The translations under genes and the position numbers were made by a program. DNA of 64,000 bases from a virus (taxonomy: Duplodnaviria > Caudoviricetes), in the IMG/VR virus record IMGVR_UViG_3300029288_000115, positions 32,163-96,162 of that record, one strand, 5' to 3'. Shown here one piece after another: positions 1 through 9,862 of this stretch. Each line of letters starts with the position of its first letter. Positions within the stretch are counted from its first letter, which is position 1. The notes under the pieces were generated by a model, which did not search any database, was not told where the DNA came from, and was given only the letters and a program-made list of their open reading frames with translations.

Positions 1-748
1 CTTCAGGTACACCATTAGTCGCCTTCTCATAATTATACTGATAGTCAATAGTCGGGGCAATTGGTGTCGCAGATTCAAAAGTTACGTCAACCACACCAGT
101 TGTGTAGACAATTGTGCCATTAGCACCCGTAGATGAATCAGTTACCATATGTCCAGCACCATCATCGGTAAAGGTTTCTACTCCGTCAGTAACAACAGCT
201 GTTCCCGCGATAACTGGAAAATATGTTAAGGTTCGAGTATAGTGAGTCGAACCAGCAACTCCCATCGCTTCACCATATACCAATTCTGTTGCGAATCTAC
301 GAGAGGCCTGACTACCAGCATGACCCGTCTTAGCACCAATTAAAACAGCGTTCTCGGCCAAAGAGCCTTTAGTCTGACCATATACCAGGTCAAGATAAAA
401 GACAGACCCAACACGTCTATCAAGAGCCTGAACCACAGCGATATTATTCATAACCAAACTCGGCAATATTGCCGCAATAACTGGCAACTGAACGCCAAGA
501 AAAGTTATATTATCCGCATAGGTCGTTTCAAAGATCTTACTCTTTTGCCTCATTCCACCCTCGAGTAGGGCATTCTCCAAACACTGTGCTATGTTTCTTT
601 TTTCATTCACAGATACTTCCCTATTCTCATTTTCCTTCACATAGGTTTCAACTGCACCAAGGTAAGGACTCCAATCTTGCATCAGAAGATCTCTACGCTC
701 ATTAATAGCCATCAAACGCTTCTCAACTACTTGGTTAAGTTTACTCAT
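1..748 (-). CDS. Major capsid protein, T4 gp23-like (3' end beyond window)
   Basis: Not in the ORF track. Manual translation from ATG at 748: MSKLNQVVEKRL...AQCLENALLE...KIFETT...VVQALDRRVGSVFYLDLVY, matching the gp23 N-terminal pattern. Directly downstream of the protease gene. Confidence 0.85.
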   Translation of the reverse strand, partial: MSKLNQVVEKRLMAINERRDLLMQDWSPYLGAVETYVKENENREVSVNEKRNIAQCLENALLEGGMRQKSKIFETTYADNITFLGVQLPVIAAILPSLVMNNIAVVQALDRRVGSVFYLDLVYGQTKGSLAENAVLIGAKTGHAGSQASRRFATELVYGEAMGVAGSTHYTRTLTYFPVIAGTAVVTDGVETFTDDGAGHMVTDSSTGANGTIVYTTGVVDVTFESATPIAPTIDYQYNYEKATNGVPE

Positions 749-775
749 TAAATATTCACCCCCTTCCTTTGCAGA

Positions 776-3544
776 TTATTTGCGACGTCCCATAAGGTGG
801 TAGATTAAATTAAGAATCCTCTCCTCTTCCTTACTAGGGGCGTCTCTATCCGTTCCGACTTTTACCTCGGATAAGCTGTCAAAGTGTAACGAACTTTCTC
901 TTAAAGCGTCTCGGAACCTTTCAATCAATTCTCCAGCCTCCTCTTCAGAAGAGCTTTGTTCGAGTAGTGCTCGAACTCTTTCTGATAGATTCAGTCCAGA
1001 GAATTCTAGTTTACATTCTATAAACTTTTTAATTAGTTCTTTCTTATGTTGTTCTTCTGCTTTATCTAAATTAGTTTTTAATAGTATTATATCATTATCT
1101 TTAGCCACCAAGGATTCAGAAAGCTTCTTTATTTCTTCTTTACTGGAAGCCTCAATTTCGTCTAATTGGGTCTTTGACTGATCTAAAAGGTCTTGGTACT
1201 CTTTCAACTTTACTGTCATTTCTGCCTCAAATTCATCGCCTTCTTTATTTAATATGTCATTCTTCTCATTCAAAGTTACCATATCATTAGCATAATTTCT
1301 CAAAGTCTCATTATATAACTCTTCCAATTTGACTAAAGATTCGCTAGCAATAGCCTCATTAATCTTTAAACTGGTTATTAGCTTTCTTGTCGCAGAAAAC
1401 GATTTATTCTCTTCAGCAAATCTTTTCTTACTCTCACCTAATAAACCACGTTTACCCATCTCGTCCTCCAACCACATAAGATATATTACATCCCTTCCAC
1501 CAAAAGCTTTATCATCGCCAACTATTTTATCATAAGTATTATATAACTCCTCTAAGTCCTCATTTGAAAGCCCAATAATGTCTTTTCTAGATAACTGCTC
1601 ATTTAAAATCTTAAGGCCTTTATCTTTAGTAAATCTTATTAAATTAGAATAAATAGTCTCTTCATCTTTTCCTATTTGATCGGCTATAAATTTTTCTGCC
1701 TCATCTAAAGGAACTTGTAATTGTGCAATAAGCCTCTTGCTGGCCAAAGACCGCTTTGATTCATCTAATAGGTCATCAACAGTAAGTGCAGCTAAAGCTC
1801 GTAACTGCTCACTTAAAATATGTCCTTTAATAAGCTCTTTAGTGCCCACACGCTTACTACTTTCGAAGTTTATTCCACCAGCAGACTTTGGTCCAAGTCC
1901 TAACTTATATTGTAAATAATTGTCAAGACGACCTAAAAGTTCATATTGCCCAAATCTCTTTTTACCTAAAAACTTTAACACGGCCTTCTCAAATTTCTCA
2001 AAATTCTCTCCCCCATCCAACCAATCCCAATAATCCCGACCAGAAAGCTTTATTCCAGTCTTTTTACTCAAAGAAGAAGCCATTTTCTCAAAATATAACT
2101 TCTCTTCATCTGATAGGCTACTATAATTTTTATCTTCCTTGGGGTTTGGTTTGCCTTTCTTAGACTCTTTGATTACGCCAAGGCTCTCAGAGGGTTTCTT
2201 TGACTCTCCTAATAGGCTTCTAGCCTTATCATCAATGACTACTTTCATATCCTCTGTAGGCTCTATCCTCTCACCCGAGGCATTTTCTACGCCCTCAATT
2301 TGAATATCATCAATAAATGTTCTGGTTTCACCAGGCTCTCCTTCCGGTCCTTCACCATAACGAGTGTCAATATGATATGTCACGTAAACCTCAGCCTTAT
2401 AGGGCGTCAATAAAGTCTCTCCAGGACTTTCTATATCTGGCTCTTCCATCTCAAAATCAATAGTCATATACTTATCATAATGGTCTACTCTTTCCTTCAA
2501 AGTTTCTTTCTTCTTTGTCTTCTTATTAACATCTTTCAAATCATCCGCACCCGTTTCCTTAGCAGATCGAAGTTTATACTTTCCAGATCTATTATCCTCT
2601 AAAGCCTTATGCTCATATTGAGGATTCGTCTTTTTAAAGTCACTAAACACTTGCTCATAATTTTCTGAACCAAAGGATTTTTTGTTATTATAACACCATT
2701 GCAAAAAAGCCTCAATCTCATCTATTTCATCTATATAGAGTTCTTCTTGAATCATCGGCAAAAGTTCTTCAGGATTTAATGTTCCAAGACTTCCTGCTGC
2801 CTGTTTGATAAGCAAATAATTTCTATCACCTAATAGCTTCATTTCTTTTATGACTTTATTCTCCTCTTTTTCCTTCTTAATGTTTTCCAAGACAACCTTT
2901 GCATCATTACATTTTAAGGATTCTAATATACATATGGCATACTTCGAATCAATTTTATTTGATTCCAAACCATTCTTAACTATGCCAACAATATCTCTTT
3001 CAACTCTAGCAGGATACACACCAACAGTACTTGGATCAGCAGTAAAATCAGTCGTTATATACTTATAAGATTCTGGAATGACCTTAAAGTGCTTTCCTAA
3101 TACTTCATCCTCAGCTTCTTCTAATTCACCTTCGGCACGCGTAGAAACTCCAGCCTGACAACCCGCCAATAATAAAGTATTTACTATTCTTCCATAAGGA
3201 GTATCCAAAATATCATACTCCTGCATAACCTTCTTTCCATCTTCAGTTATCCACATCTTTGTAATTGTATGAGACACCTTCTCAAGATTACTTTGTACGT
3301 CATCCTTAGGGTGCTCTGCATGACCAAATAGAGTTCTACTTACCATCTTCTCTTGGAGCTCAGTATTTTCCAAAACCTTATCCCAAACCGCACGTTCATA
3401 AACCCTTTTATTTGCATTCAACATTCCAATATTACAAATGGGGTAACTTACACGACATAACACTCCTGTAGGAAGCTTTGAAGCGTCGCTTTCTACAAGC
3501 ATAAACTTTCCATCGATTCGTTCATTTAAGTTCTTTAAAGACAT
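776..3544 (-). CDS. Prohead protease (T4 gp21-like) fused to long scaffold/coiled-coil region
   Basis: N-terminal NANKRVY, GHAEHP, ILDTPYG, GVSTRAEG, DFTADPS motifs; Glu/Lys-rich coiled-coil C-terminus; precedes capsid gene. Confidence 0.85.
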   Translation of the reverse strand: MSLKNLNERIDGKFMLVESDASKLPTGVLCRVSYPICNIGMLNANKRVYERAVWDKVLENTELQEKMVSRTLFGHAEHPKDDVQSNLEKVSHTITKMWITEDGKKVMQEYDILDTPYGRIVNTLLLAGCQAGVSTRAEGELEEAEDEVLGKHFKVIPESYKYITTDFTADPSTVGVYPARVERDIVGIVKNGLESNKIDSKYAICILESLKCNDAKVVLENIKKEKEENKVIKEMKLLGDRNYLLIKQAAGSLGTLNPEELLPMIQEELYIDEIDEIEAFLQWCYNNKKSFGSENYEQVFSDFKKTNPQYEHKALEDNRSGKYKLRSAKETGADDLKDVNKKTKKKETLKERVDHYDKYMTIDFEMEEPDIESPGETLLTPYKAEVYVTYHIDTRYGEGPEGEPGETRTFIDDIQIEGVENASGERIEPTEDMKVVIDDKARSLLGESKKPSESLGVIKESKKGKPNPKEDKNYSSLSDEEKLYFEKMASSLSKKTGIKLSGRDYWDWLDGGENFEKFEKAVLKFLGKKRFGQYELLGRLDNYLQYKLGLGPKSAGGINFESSKRVGTKELIKGHILSEQLRALAALTVDDLLDESKRSLASKRLIAQLQVPLDEAEKFIADQIGKDEETIYSNLIRFTKDKGLKILNEQLSRKDIIGLSNEDLEELYNTYDKIVGDDKAFGGRDVIYLMWLEDEMGKRGLLGESKKRFAEENKSFSATRKLITSLKINEAIASESLVKLEELYNETLRNYANDMVTLNEKNDILNKEGDEFEAEMTVKLKEYQDLLDQSKTQLDEIEASSKEEIKKLSESLVAKDNDIILLKTNLDKAEEQHKKELIKKFIECKLEFSGLNLSERVRALLEQSSSEEEAGELIERFRDALRESSLHFDSLSEVKVGTDRDAPSKEEERILNLIYHLMGRRK

Positions 3545-3589
3545 TTTTTCTCCTCCTAAAATCTTTCGTCGAGGTGTTTAAAATCTTAA

Positions 3590-4075
3590 CTAAAACTCTG
3601 CACTAGCATAAATTTTTCCACCAACTTCACAATACTTTCTAACGTCTGCTTTTGAAAGTCTTGTTTTATTATTACGGCATTTAAAATCTTTACCTGTTTT
3701 TTTTGGGCCACCTTCCAAAGAAATCAATTGATTATAACGACAATCAAAATGTCTACCGACTTCTATTGGACCACCAATTAAAGATGTTAATTTATTAACC
3801 TGACAATAAAAACTTCCACCAACTTTTCTTGGGCAACCAGCTAAAGACGTTAGTTGATTATAACTACAATCAAAATACCCACCAACATCTCTAAAGTTAA
3901 ATGGAATCTTTTTAAGTTCTAACTCACATAAATCAATAGCCCCACCAACATCATAACTACCATCTGGATTCTTGTGAATGTCTGTTCTTTTTAAGAAGTC
4001 AGATACCCAATTCTTAATCAGACCCTCACTTACTACTACTTTATTTACCTTATCAAAAAGAGGTTTAAATGACAT
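3590..4075 (-). CDS. Short LRR-like repeat protein
   Basis: About 22-aa repeats of the form VGGxFxCxxNxLTSLxGxPxx. Confidence 0.7.
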   Translation of the reverse strand: MSFKPLFDKVNKVVVSEGLIKNWVSDFLKRTDIHKNPDGSYDVGGAIDLCELELKKIPFNFRDVGGYFDCSYNQLTSLAGCPRKVGGSFYCQVNKLTSLIGGPIEVGRHFDCRYNQLISLEGGPKKTGKDFKCRNNKTRLSKADVRKYCEVGGKIYASAEF

Positions 4076-4126
4076 TTTTCCTCCTAAATATAATACTCTT
4101 TAACTAAGAATCTAAAAGCTTCTTCA

Positions 4127-5233
4127 TTAATATACCGTATTCCTTTCGCCACTAATTGGTTTCATACCACACACCAACGTATACGCCTTAATCCCAGAAG
4201 CGTTCATATCATATAATCCACGATGTACAGTAGCAGAACCTAATAAATTATGAATAGCATCAAATCCCTGATTGATTATATCCATAGAAATACGTCCCAT
4301 TAAACCCTCATCAGCCACAATAACACAAGCGGCCTCTGTTGCTGTTTCATAATTCGCAATATCCGCTAGTAGGGTTTTCTTTAAATTATCCTGCAAGGCC
4401 TGACTCAATACCAAATTATCTATATTCATAATCCTGTTGACTCCCATTAAAGCCAATCCCGATGTGCTTAAAACCGTCTTATAATCCTCTTTATCAAAAG
4501 ACGTATAATTTGATTCCTGCAAGGATAAATAATTAAAGGTCTGAAACAAAGACGTTATCGTGTCATTAATTGTTATCCAAAACTTTGCAGGTGGAATACC
4601 CCTATATAATCTCTCAATCTTGCTATTGTCAATTAAAAGTACCGGACCAACCTTTGACTCTTTTGCCAATTCAAAGATTAAACCTTGAATAATATCATTG
4701 TTCTTCTTAATCACATAACTCTTTAACTCACCTGACGTTGGTAAGGCCGCAACCACTATAACATCTTTAGCCGGATCTTTATGACCAAGAGCATCCAAAT
4801 ACTTCTTTGCTATTTCAATTAGTGTTAAAAGTCCTCCAGAGCCAGTTCCACCACCAAATCCAATAGATAATATAATTTTATCAACGGTGCCAAAGACCTC
4901 TCTCATCTTATCAAAGATAGCTTGAGCAGCATCTTTGGTCGCTCGTTCTCCTTTAGCCATATCCTTACCAGAGCCTTCTAAACCACCAATAAATAATTTC
5001 TGGACGTCTGGTATGCCTAAAGGTTTTAAATCTGCCATTGCCGTATTTAAAGCTAGCGTTTTCTTATAACCTAAATCATAAAAACTCTTTGCCAGTCTAC
5101 CACCACATTGCCCAGAACCAACCACCCCAAAATCCAATGAACCAACATAATCGTTCTTGGCACCAATCTTTGATTCAATCTCTCCAGTTGGTACTTCAAA
5201 TGCTTCTAATGGAATCTCCGGAATATTCACCAT
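4127..5233 (-). CDS. Tubulin/FtsZ-family GTPase (PhuZ/TubZ-like)
   Basis: GSGQCGGRLA, NTAxxDL, GSGKD, signature GGGTGSG, IDN, and T7-loop-like SFDKEDY. Confidence 0.9.
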   Translation of the reverse strand: MVNIPEIPLEAFEVPTGEIESKIGAKNDYVGSLDFGVVGSGQCGGRLAKSFYDLGYKKTLALNTAMADLKPLGIPDVQKLFIGGLEGSGKDMAKGERATKDAAQAIFDKMREVFGTVDKIILSIGFGGGTGSGGLLTLIEIAKKYLDALGHKDPAKDVIVVAALPTSGELKSYVIKKNNDIIQGLIFELAKESKVGPVLLIDNSKIERLYRGIPPAKFWITINDTITSLFQTFNYLSLQESNYTSFDKEDYKTVLSTSGLALMGVNRIMNIDNLVLSQALQDNLKKTLLADIANYETATEAACVIVADEGLMGRISMDIINQGFDAIHNLLGSATVHRGLYDMNASGIKAYTLVCGMKPISGERNTVY

Positions 5234-5251
5234 AATAGCCCCCTATTGTTT

Positions 5252-6970
5252 TTATGTGGGTTTCTTATTTTCCTCTAAACTTAAATTATGTTTCTTTGCT
5301 AACTCTATAACTAAAGTAGGATTTTTCTCCAATAAATCTTTTATCTTATCTGTCGTTGAGGCCTTAGGGTTTGGAACTTTTCCTTCGACTTTAACGTCAT
5401 CTCGTTTGTATAAAAAAGCTAAAGGCATAACATCAAAATTTCCTTCGTCTGGAGAATTAATGTCATAGAAATCTAAAACGTTCTCTTGAGTTGCTGAATC
5501 CAAGTTATTAAACATAATCTCAAACGTCTCTTCATGTTGTTCTTTTATAGTGGTCTCCTGGGTAGGTTTTATTTTTTTTTCTTGAGCCTCTATCCAAGCC
5601 TTCTGACCATCTATTAGAACTTTTGGGGCATCTAACTCAATAAGTCGAGCAAGAATATCCTTTGATTTTTTTAATTGAGCAGCTTTTTCTTCAGGGGACT
5701 TGCTATCCAAGACCTTTTCTTTCTTGGCCTCTATCGGCTCTTCTTCTGGTTTCTTTTCTTCCTTTGGCTCTTCCTCTTTAGGGGGTAATTCTTCCTCCTC
5801 ATCCTTCTTCTCCAAAGCCGGTAGGACGTAATTGTTTACTATTTCATATGCAACAGCCTCCACAGGCACATTCTCAAGAGCTCGTAATATGAAGGTTAAT
5901 AAATCATTAACATCCAACTCATTCTCTTTAGCCGCATATAATGTCTCTCCTTCTGCGTTTGTAATCTGTAAATCCTCAATATTGTTTCCATTTCCAAGTA
6001 TTCTAACTAAATAATAAAACTCATCCTCTTTGTTTCCAAAATACTCCTTTTCAGGGGTGATTTCCTCCGGTTCCACTTTGGGGGCATCTTCTTCGGGGGG
6101 TTCATCTATAGGATCATCTTTAGGTTCATCCTCAATTTGAACAGGCTCTTCCTCTTGCTCTTTTAGCTTTTTATTATCCTTAATCTCTTCAGGGTCTTCC
6201 CCAGGTTTCTTATCAGCCTTATCAGTAGTCTTTGTTTTTCCTGCCACGACCTTTGGTTCTTCTCCTTGCTGAGGTGGCACCACACCCTTAGAATCATCTT
6301 TACTTTCTTTTGGCTGAATCTTACTGGGCTCATCTCCCTTCTTTTGAGACTTCGTTACTGGAGCATTACCGGGTAGGTTTCCTTTTTGCTTTGGTTCCGT
6401 TCCGATTGGAGTATCCTTCGAACCAGATCCAGGCACATCAAGATTTGCTAAATCCTTTTCCTTCTCTGCGTCTCTTTGAGATTTCGTAGCAGGAGTTTTC
6501 TTTGTTACATCTTCACCTGTCTGCGGTGGTATGTCTTCTTGCTTAATCACCTCACCAGTCTTACCTATGGCAGTCTTATTTGTAGGGTCATCCCCCTTTT
6601 GCGGTGGAATCTTAGGCGTAGCCGGAGTATCATCAGAGGTCTTCCCCATCTTTGCCTTCTTCGTAGGATCGTCGCCAATTTGAACCTTTGATACTTCTTC
6701 TGTAATCTCATCAGCATGAAGCTGTCTTAGCTGCTTACTCTTTAATTGCTCATTCAAAGTCTTTACAGATAAAACAAACCTTTCATTTGTAAGATTAACT
6801 ACGAAGGCTCTATCATTCTTTATCCTCTCAATCGTAAAAATCAGGATCTTTCCATCTATATCCCTTTTATAAGTTCCACCAGGACGAACCATTTCCCGTA
6901 AGTCCCTCTCAGTAAATTCTTCTAAAAGTCCACCCTCTTTATTTAAGAAATCTCTTATCATCTTAGACAT
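5252..6970 (-). CDS. Acidic low-complexity protein with internal repeats, probable prohead core/internal protein
   Basis: Very E/K/P/D-rich with repeated PPQxG[DE][DE]P motifs; lies in the head module. Function inferred. Confidence 0.45.
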   Translation of the reverse strand: MSKMIRDFLNKEGGLLEEFTERDLREMVRPGGTYKRDIDGKILIFTIERIKNDRAFVVNLTNERFVLSVKTLNEQLKSKQLRQLHADEITEEVSKVQIGDDPTKKAKMGKTSDDTPATPKIPPQKGDDPTNKTAIGKTGEVIKQEDIPPQTGEDVTKKTPATKSQRDAEKEKDLANLDVPGSGSKDTPIGTEPKQKGNLPGNAPVTKSQKKGDEPSKIQPKESKDDSKGVVPPQQGEEPKVVAGKTKTTDKADKKPGEDPEEIKDNKKLKEQEEEPVQIEDEPKDDPIDEPPEEDAPKVEPEEITPEKEYFGNKEDEFYYLVRILGNGNNIEDLQITNAEGETLYAAKENELDVNDLLTFILRALENVPVEAVAYEIVNNYVLPALEKKDEEEELPPKEEEPKEEKKPEEEPIEAKKEKVLDSKSPEEKAAQLKKSKDILARLIELDAPKVLIDGQKAWIEAQEKKIKPTQETTIKEQHEETFEIMFNNLDSATQENVLDFYDINSPDEGNFDVMPLAFLYKRDDVKVEGKVPNPKASTTDKIKDLLEKNPTLVIELAKKHNLSLEENKKPT

Positions 6971-6988
6971 GATTTTCCTCCTGTTAAA

Positions 6989-7408
6989 TTATTCATCCAA
7001 ACTGTATATTAATCGACCAAGTTTCTCATAAATCAAACCCAATAAGATTGCGTATTCTTTATTACCATTCTCACATTCAATAACAATATGAGTTCCTAAA
7101 CTAAATATACCCTTTAAGATTTCATATTTACTGCCAACCGTATCATTAACTATCTTCTGTAGCGTTTTATAAACAGATTTTGCCTCTAGCTTTTCAGTTA
7201 ACGTCTGCAATAAATCCATATCAGACGGAAGTTTCTTTAATTCAATCCAAGCAGAGTCGTTATCTCCAGCCTCAAAGTACCTCTGAGCCGCATCAACGAA
7301 GTCTCGGTATCGATTATTATGACTAAAAAATCTATGGGCGTCATCCAATCGTTTGAGTAACTCCGCATCAATGACTTCACTTGTATTACAAATCTTATTT
7401 GAATTCAT
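6989..7408 (-). CDS. Hypothetical protein
   Basis: ORF in co-oriented gene run. Confidence 0.6.
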   Translation of the reverse strand: MNSNKICNTSEVIDAELLKRLDDAHRFFSHNNRYRDFVDAAQRYFEAGDNDSAWIELKKLPSDMDLLQTLTEKLEAKSVYKTLQKIVNDTVGSKYEILKGIFSLGTHIVIECENGNKEYAILLGLIYEKLGRLIYSLDE

Positions 7409-7534
7409 AAGCTTATCTCTTTCATCTAGTAATCTTATGCTTTTTCTTTCTTTTACTTAAGTTTCTACCGGAACCCTTTCGAGGGGTAAGAAATCTTTCC
7501 TTTCCGCATGAGCCGCAAGGCTTTAATTCCTGCA

Positions 7535-7909
7535 TCAATCTCCTCCAGGTCTTCCCCATGCTAAAGGGTCTCCAGATCGAAAACCGTTAGGAAAACCAAT
7601 CAAAACCTTTCCAGTCGGTTGAATTTCTACGTTCATAAATTCCGCCAATTTCTGCAATTGGGGTAATAATAATTTGGCAATTTGTTCTTCCATATCCTCT
7701 CGATTATACTCTACATTAATTCCACCATAAACTTCATTAGGCACAACCTCATTTGTCTCGTTGTCTTTATAACTCTTAATCCAAATACTTCCTAAAACTT
7801 TAATTTTAAGATCCAAAGAAAAAGGTATCTTCTTCTTCATACCAATACAATATATTTGATTCTCTTTCATAGCCTTAAAACACCTTTCAATTATTTGCCC
7901 AATTTTCAT
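7535..7909 (-). CDS. Hypothetical protein
   Basis: ORF with GGAGG RBS. Confidence 0.6.
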   Translation of the reverse strand: MKIGQIIERCFKAMKENQIYCIGMKKKIPFSLDLKIKVLGSIWIKSYKDNETNEVVPNEVYGGINVEYNREDMEEQIAKLLLPQLQKLAEFMNVEIQPTGKVLIGFPNGFRSGDPLAWGRPGGD

Positions 7910-7926
7910 TTAAGATTCCTCCATAC

Positions 7927-8229
7927 TTACTCAGATATCAGCATTATTCCATCTTCAGTTACAAGATATTTCTGCTCACCAATCTTAAGCGTCTTATCAA
8001 CCAACTGACTTAAAAGATTACCATTTTGGCTACCATCTTCCTCTTTATATTCTATCCAAGCGTCTTTGCCGGTATTTAATTGCTCAAGTATATCACCCTC
8101 AACCACATACTTAACTTCGGTATCCAGATTCGTAACCTCAAAAACCTCTAACGCAGACTCTTTAACCTCTAAATTGATATGCTCTGTAATACCATCAACC
8201 TTGTTTCTAAAAGTTTTTCCACGTTCCAT
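7927..8229 (-). CDS. Hypothetical acidic protein
   Basis: ORF with GGAGG RBS. Confidence 0.6.
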   Translation of the reverse strand: MERGKTFRNKVDGITEHINLEVKESALEVFEVTNLDTEVKYVVEGDILEQLNTGKDAWIEYKEEDGSQNGNLLSQLVDKTLKIGEQKYLVTEDGIMLISE

Positions 8230-8433
8230 AATTCTCCTCCATAAATGTTTAACTTAAAGCTTTCACAACCCTTTGATGTGCCTTAGTCTTGGGTAAAGTT
8301 TTTATAACTCGACATAAACCCCTCTTTGTTACCCGAGTCTTTCCACGAATAACGTCCAATACCAAATCGGGATAATAAGGGAATAAAACACTAAGAGCCT
8401 TTCCAACAGGCTTGCTAAATTTTTTCATTTATC

Positions 8434-8604
8434 TTACCTTGATATTCCAACATTACCAATACGACCCCTAATCCCACCTAAACCTCTTCCAGAGCCTCGA
8501 CGAGGTGCTCCTACTCTTGGGGCAATACCCGTAGGACAAATACCCATACCCCTACCCGTTCTGGGGCCGCTCCCTCTTGGTCCTGTTCCATCTAATCTTG
8601 GCAT
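8434..8604 (-). CDS. Small Gly/Arg-rich protein, DUF5320-like (56 aa)
   Basis: Not in the track. MPRLDGTGPRGSGPRTGRGMGIC... after AAGGAGG RBS; matches the MPxxDGTGPxGxGPxTGRGxGxC pattern. Confidence 0.75.
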   Translation of the reverse strand: MPRLDGTGPRGSGPRTGRGMGICPTGIAPRVGAPRRGSGRGLGGIRGRIGNVGISR

Positions 8605-8667
8605 TTTAATCCTCCTTATTCCAAAGACAGGCTAAGTTTTTTCATTGATCAAAATTCTTTCATTATA

Positions 8668-8946
8668 TTAAGAGACTTTCCATACTTCAGCTGCCAGATA
8701 AACTGCAGAAGGCTCTCCAGAAAATTCAACCGCCACACATAAATCGTTAAACGACATAAGACCCTCTCTAACAGCCTCAGCGCAAGCCCCCGATACATCA
8801 TAGTCTTCTAGTTCTTTATAAGTACCAATAGCTACAACCGTTGCATCCACATCCTTAGGAATTAAGGTTCCCTCTACCTTATCTCCAATCTTCAACGTCT
8901 CTGAAATGTTTGAAACTAGTTTCTCATGTAGATCTTTAAAGTCCAT
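8668..8946 (-). CDS. Hypothetical protein, possible internal head protein
   Basis: GAGGAG RBS; N-terminus resembles that of 3590..4075. Confidence 0.55.
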   Translation of the reverse strand: MDFKDLHEKLVSNISETLKIGDKVEGTLIPKDVDATVVAIGTYKELEDYDVSGACAEAVREGLMSFNDLCVAVEFSGEPSAVYLAAEVWKVS

Positions 8947-8961
8947 TATAACTCCTCTTAT

Positions 8962-9378
8962 TTATAAGACTTCGTGCATCTTTCTATCTGTTATCAATAT
9001 GCCATCCCAATGATCTAGCTCATGTTGAATTACAACAGCAGCCTGATCTTTATAAGACTTAACTCCGTTAGAATTCTTTAGCTTAATAAATGGGGCCCTC
9101 TTCGTCTTTACCGTCACATTAGGTAATGATAGACACTCCTCAGTAACATATGTGCATCCATAGGACTCTAAAATCTCTGAATCAATTAAATTTAAACTAA
9201 AATCCTTGGCTCTTATAATCGCAAGTCTTAATGGAAATCCAATCTGGATAGCCGATAGGCCTATACCATTTGGGTAATTTCTTAATTCTTCTTCCAATAA
9301 TCGAACAATCTTAATAACCTCGGCTTTCAAAGGCCGTACCGACCGCATCCTTAAAGTATTAATATCTGTTACTACCAT
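8962..9378 (-). CDS. def: Peptide deformylase
   Basis: GIGLSAIQ, EECLS (EGCLS variant) and QHELDHWDG motifs. Confidence 0.92.
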   Translation of the reverse strand: MVVTDINTLRMRSVRPLKAEVIKIVRLLEEELRNYPNGIGLSAIQIGFPLRLAIIRAKDFSLNLIDSEILESYGCTYVTEECLSLPNVTVKTKRAPFIKLKNSNGVKSYKDQAAVVIQHELDHWDGILITDRKMHEVL

Positions 9379-9393
9379 CCTTCTCCTAATACC

Positions 9394-9508
9394 TTGGGGG
9401 AACGTTAAGACTAGCGCACCGAAGTGCTCGCCTTTCGTATCTATATATTTAGGAACAATTCCCCATCAGGAGAATAGTGTTCTTCTTCATGTAAAATCGT
9501 TCCCCCAA
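9394..9508 (-). ncRNA. Putative structured intergenic RNA
   Basis: Perfect 11-bp terminal inverted repeat (TTGGGGGAACG/CGTTCCCCCAA) enclosing GGAA-UUG-UUCC and GCAC-UUCG-GUGC hairpins on the minus strand. Confidence 0.5.
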
Positions 9509-9522
9509 ACCCGTCATTTGTT

Positions 9523-9840
9523 TCATAGCTCTAAATAAAATTTGGCTTTTCTAAGTTTCTTTGTCAAAGAATTAATTGCTGCTCTTTCCTGTTCTGAAGC
9601 GTCCGTTTCCGCCACCTCAAGGGCTTGAACCTCTAAACGATATTTCAAATCCGCCAACTGCCCAGCTTTAGTACCTATATCAGGATTATCCATTATAAAA
9701 TTCTCGTCTTCCAAAACAGAGATTAAACCATTTATTGCCCAATTCCACCACTTCAACTCCGCTTTCGCAAGAGCAATTGGGGGATCTTTTGAGATTTTCA
9801 AGTCTGGTAGTGTTGTCCATTCAATCAATAGCTTCTTCAT
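9523..9840 (-). CDS. Hypothetical protein
   Basis: ORF in co-oriented run. Confidence 0.55.
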   Translation of the reverse strand: MKKLLIEWTTLPDLKISKDPPIALAKAELKWWNWAINGLISVLEDENFIMDNPDIGTKAGQLADLKYRLEVQALEVAETDASEQERAAINSLTKKLRKAKFYLEL

Positions 9841-9862
9841 TATACTTTCACCATGTAAGTTC

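Noticed and set aside
8959-8966. T4 late promoter TATAAATA
   Set aside because: Single occurrence overlapping a stop codon in an AT-rich genome; not seen upstream of the portal, protease or capsid genes.
9394-9508. Hammerhead ribozyme or SRP RNA
   Set aside because: Core reads CUGAUGG not CUGAnGA, GAAA does not follow stem II, and the SRP helix-8 motif is absent.
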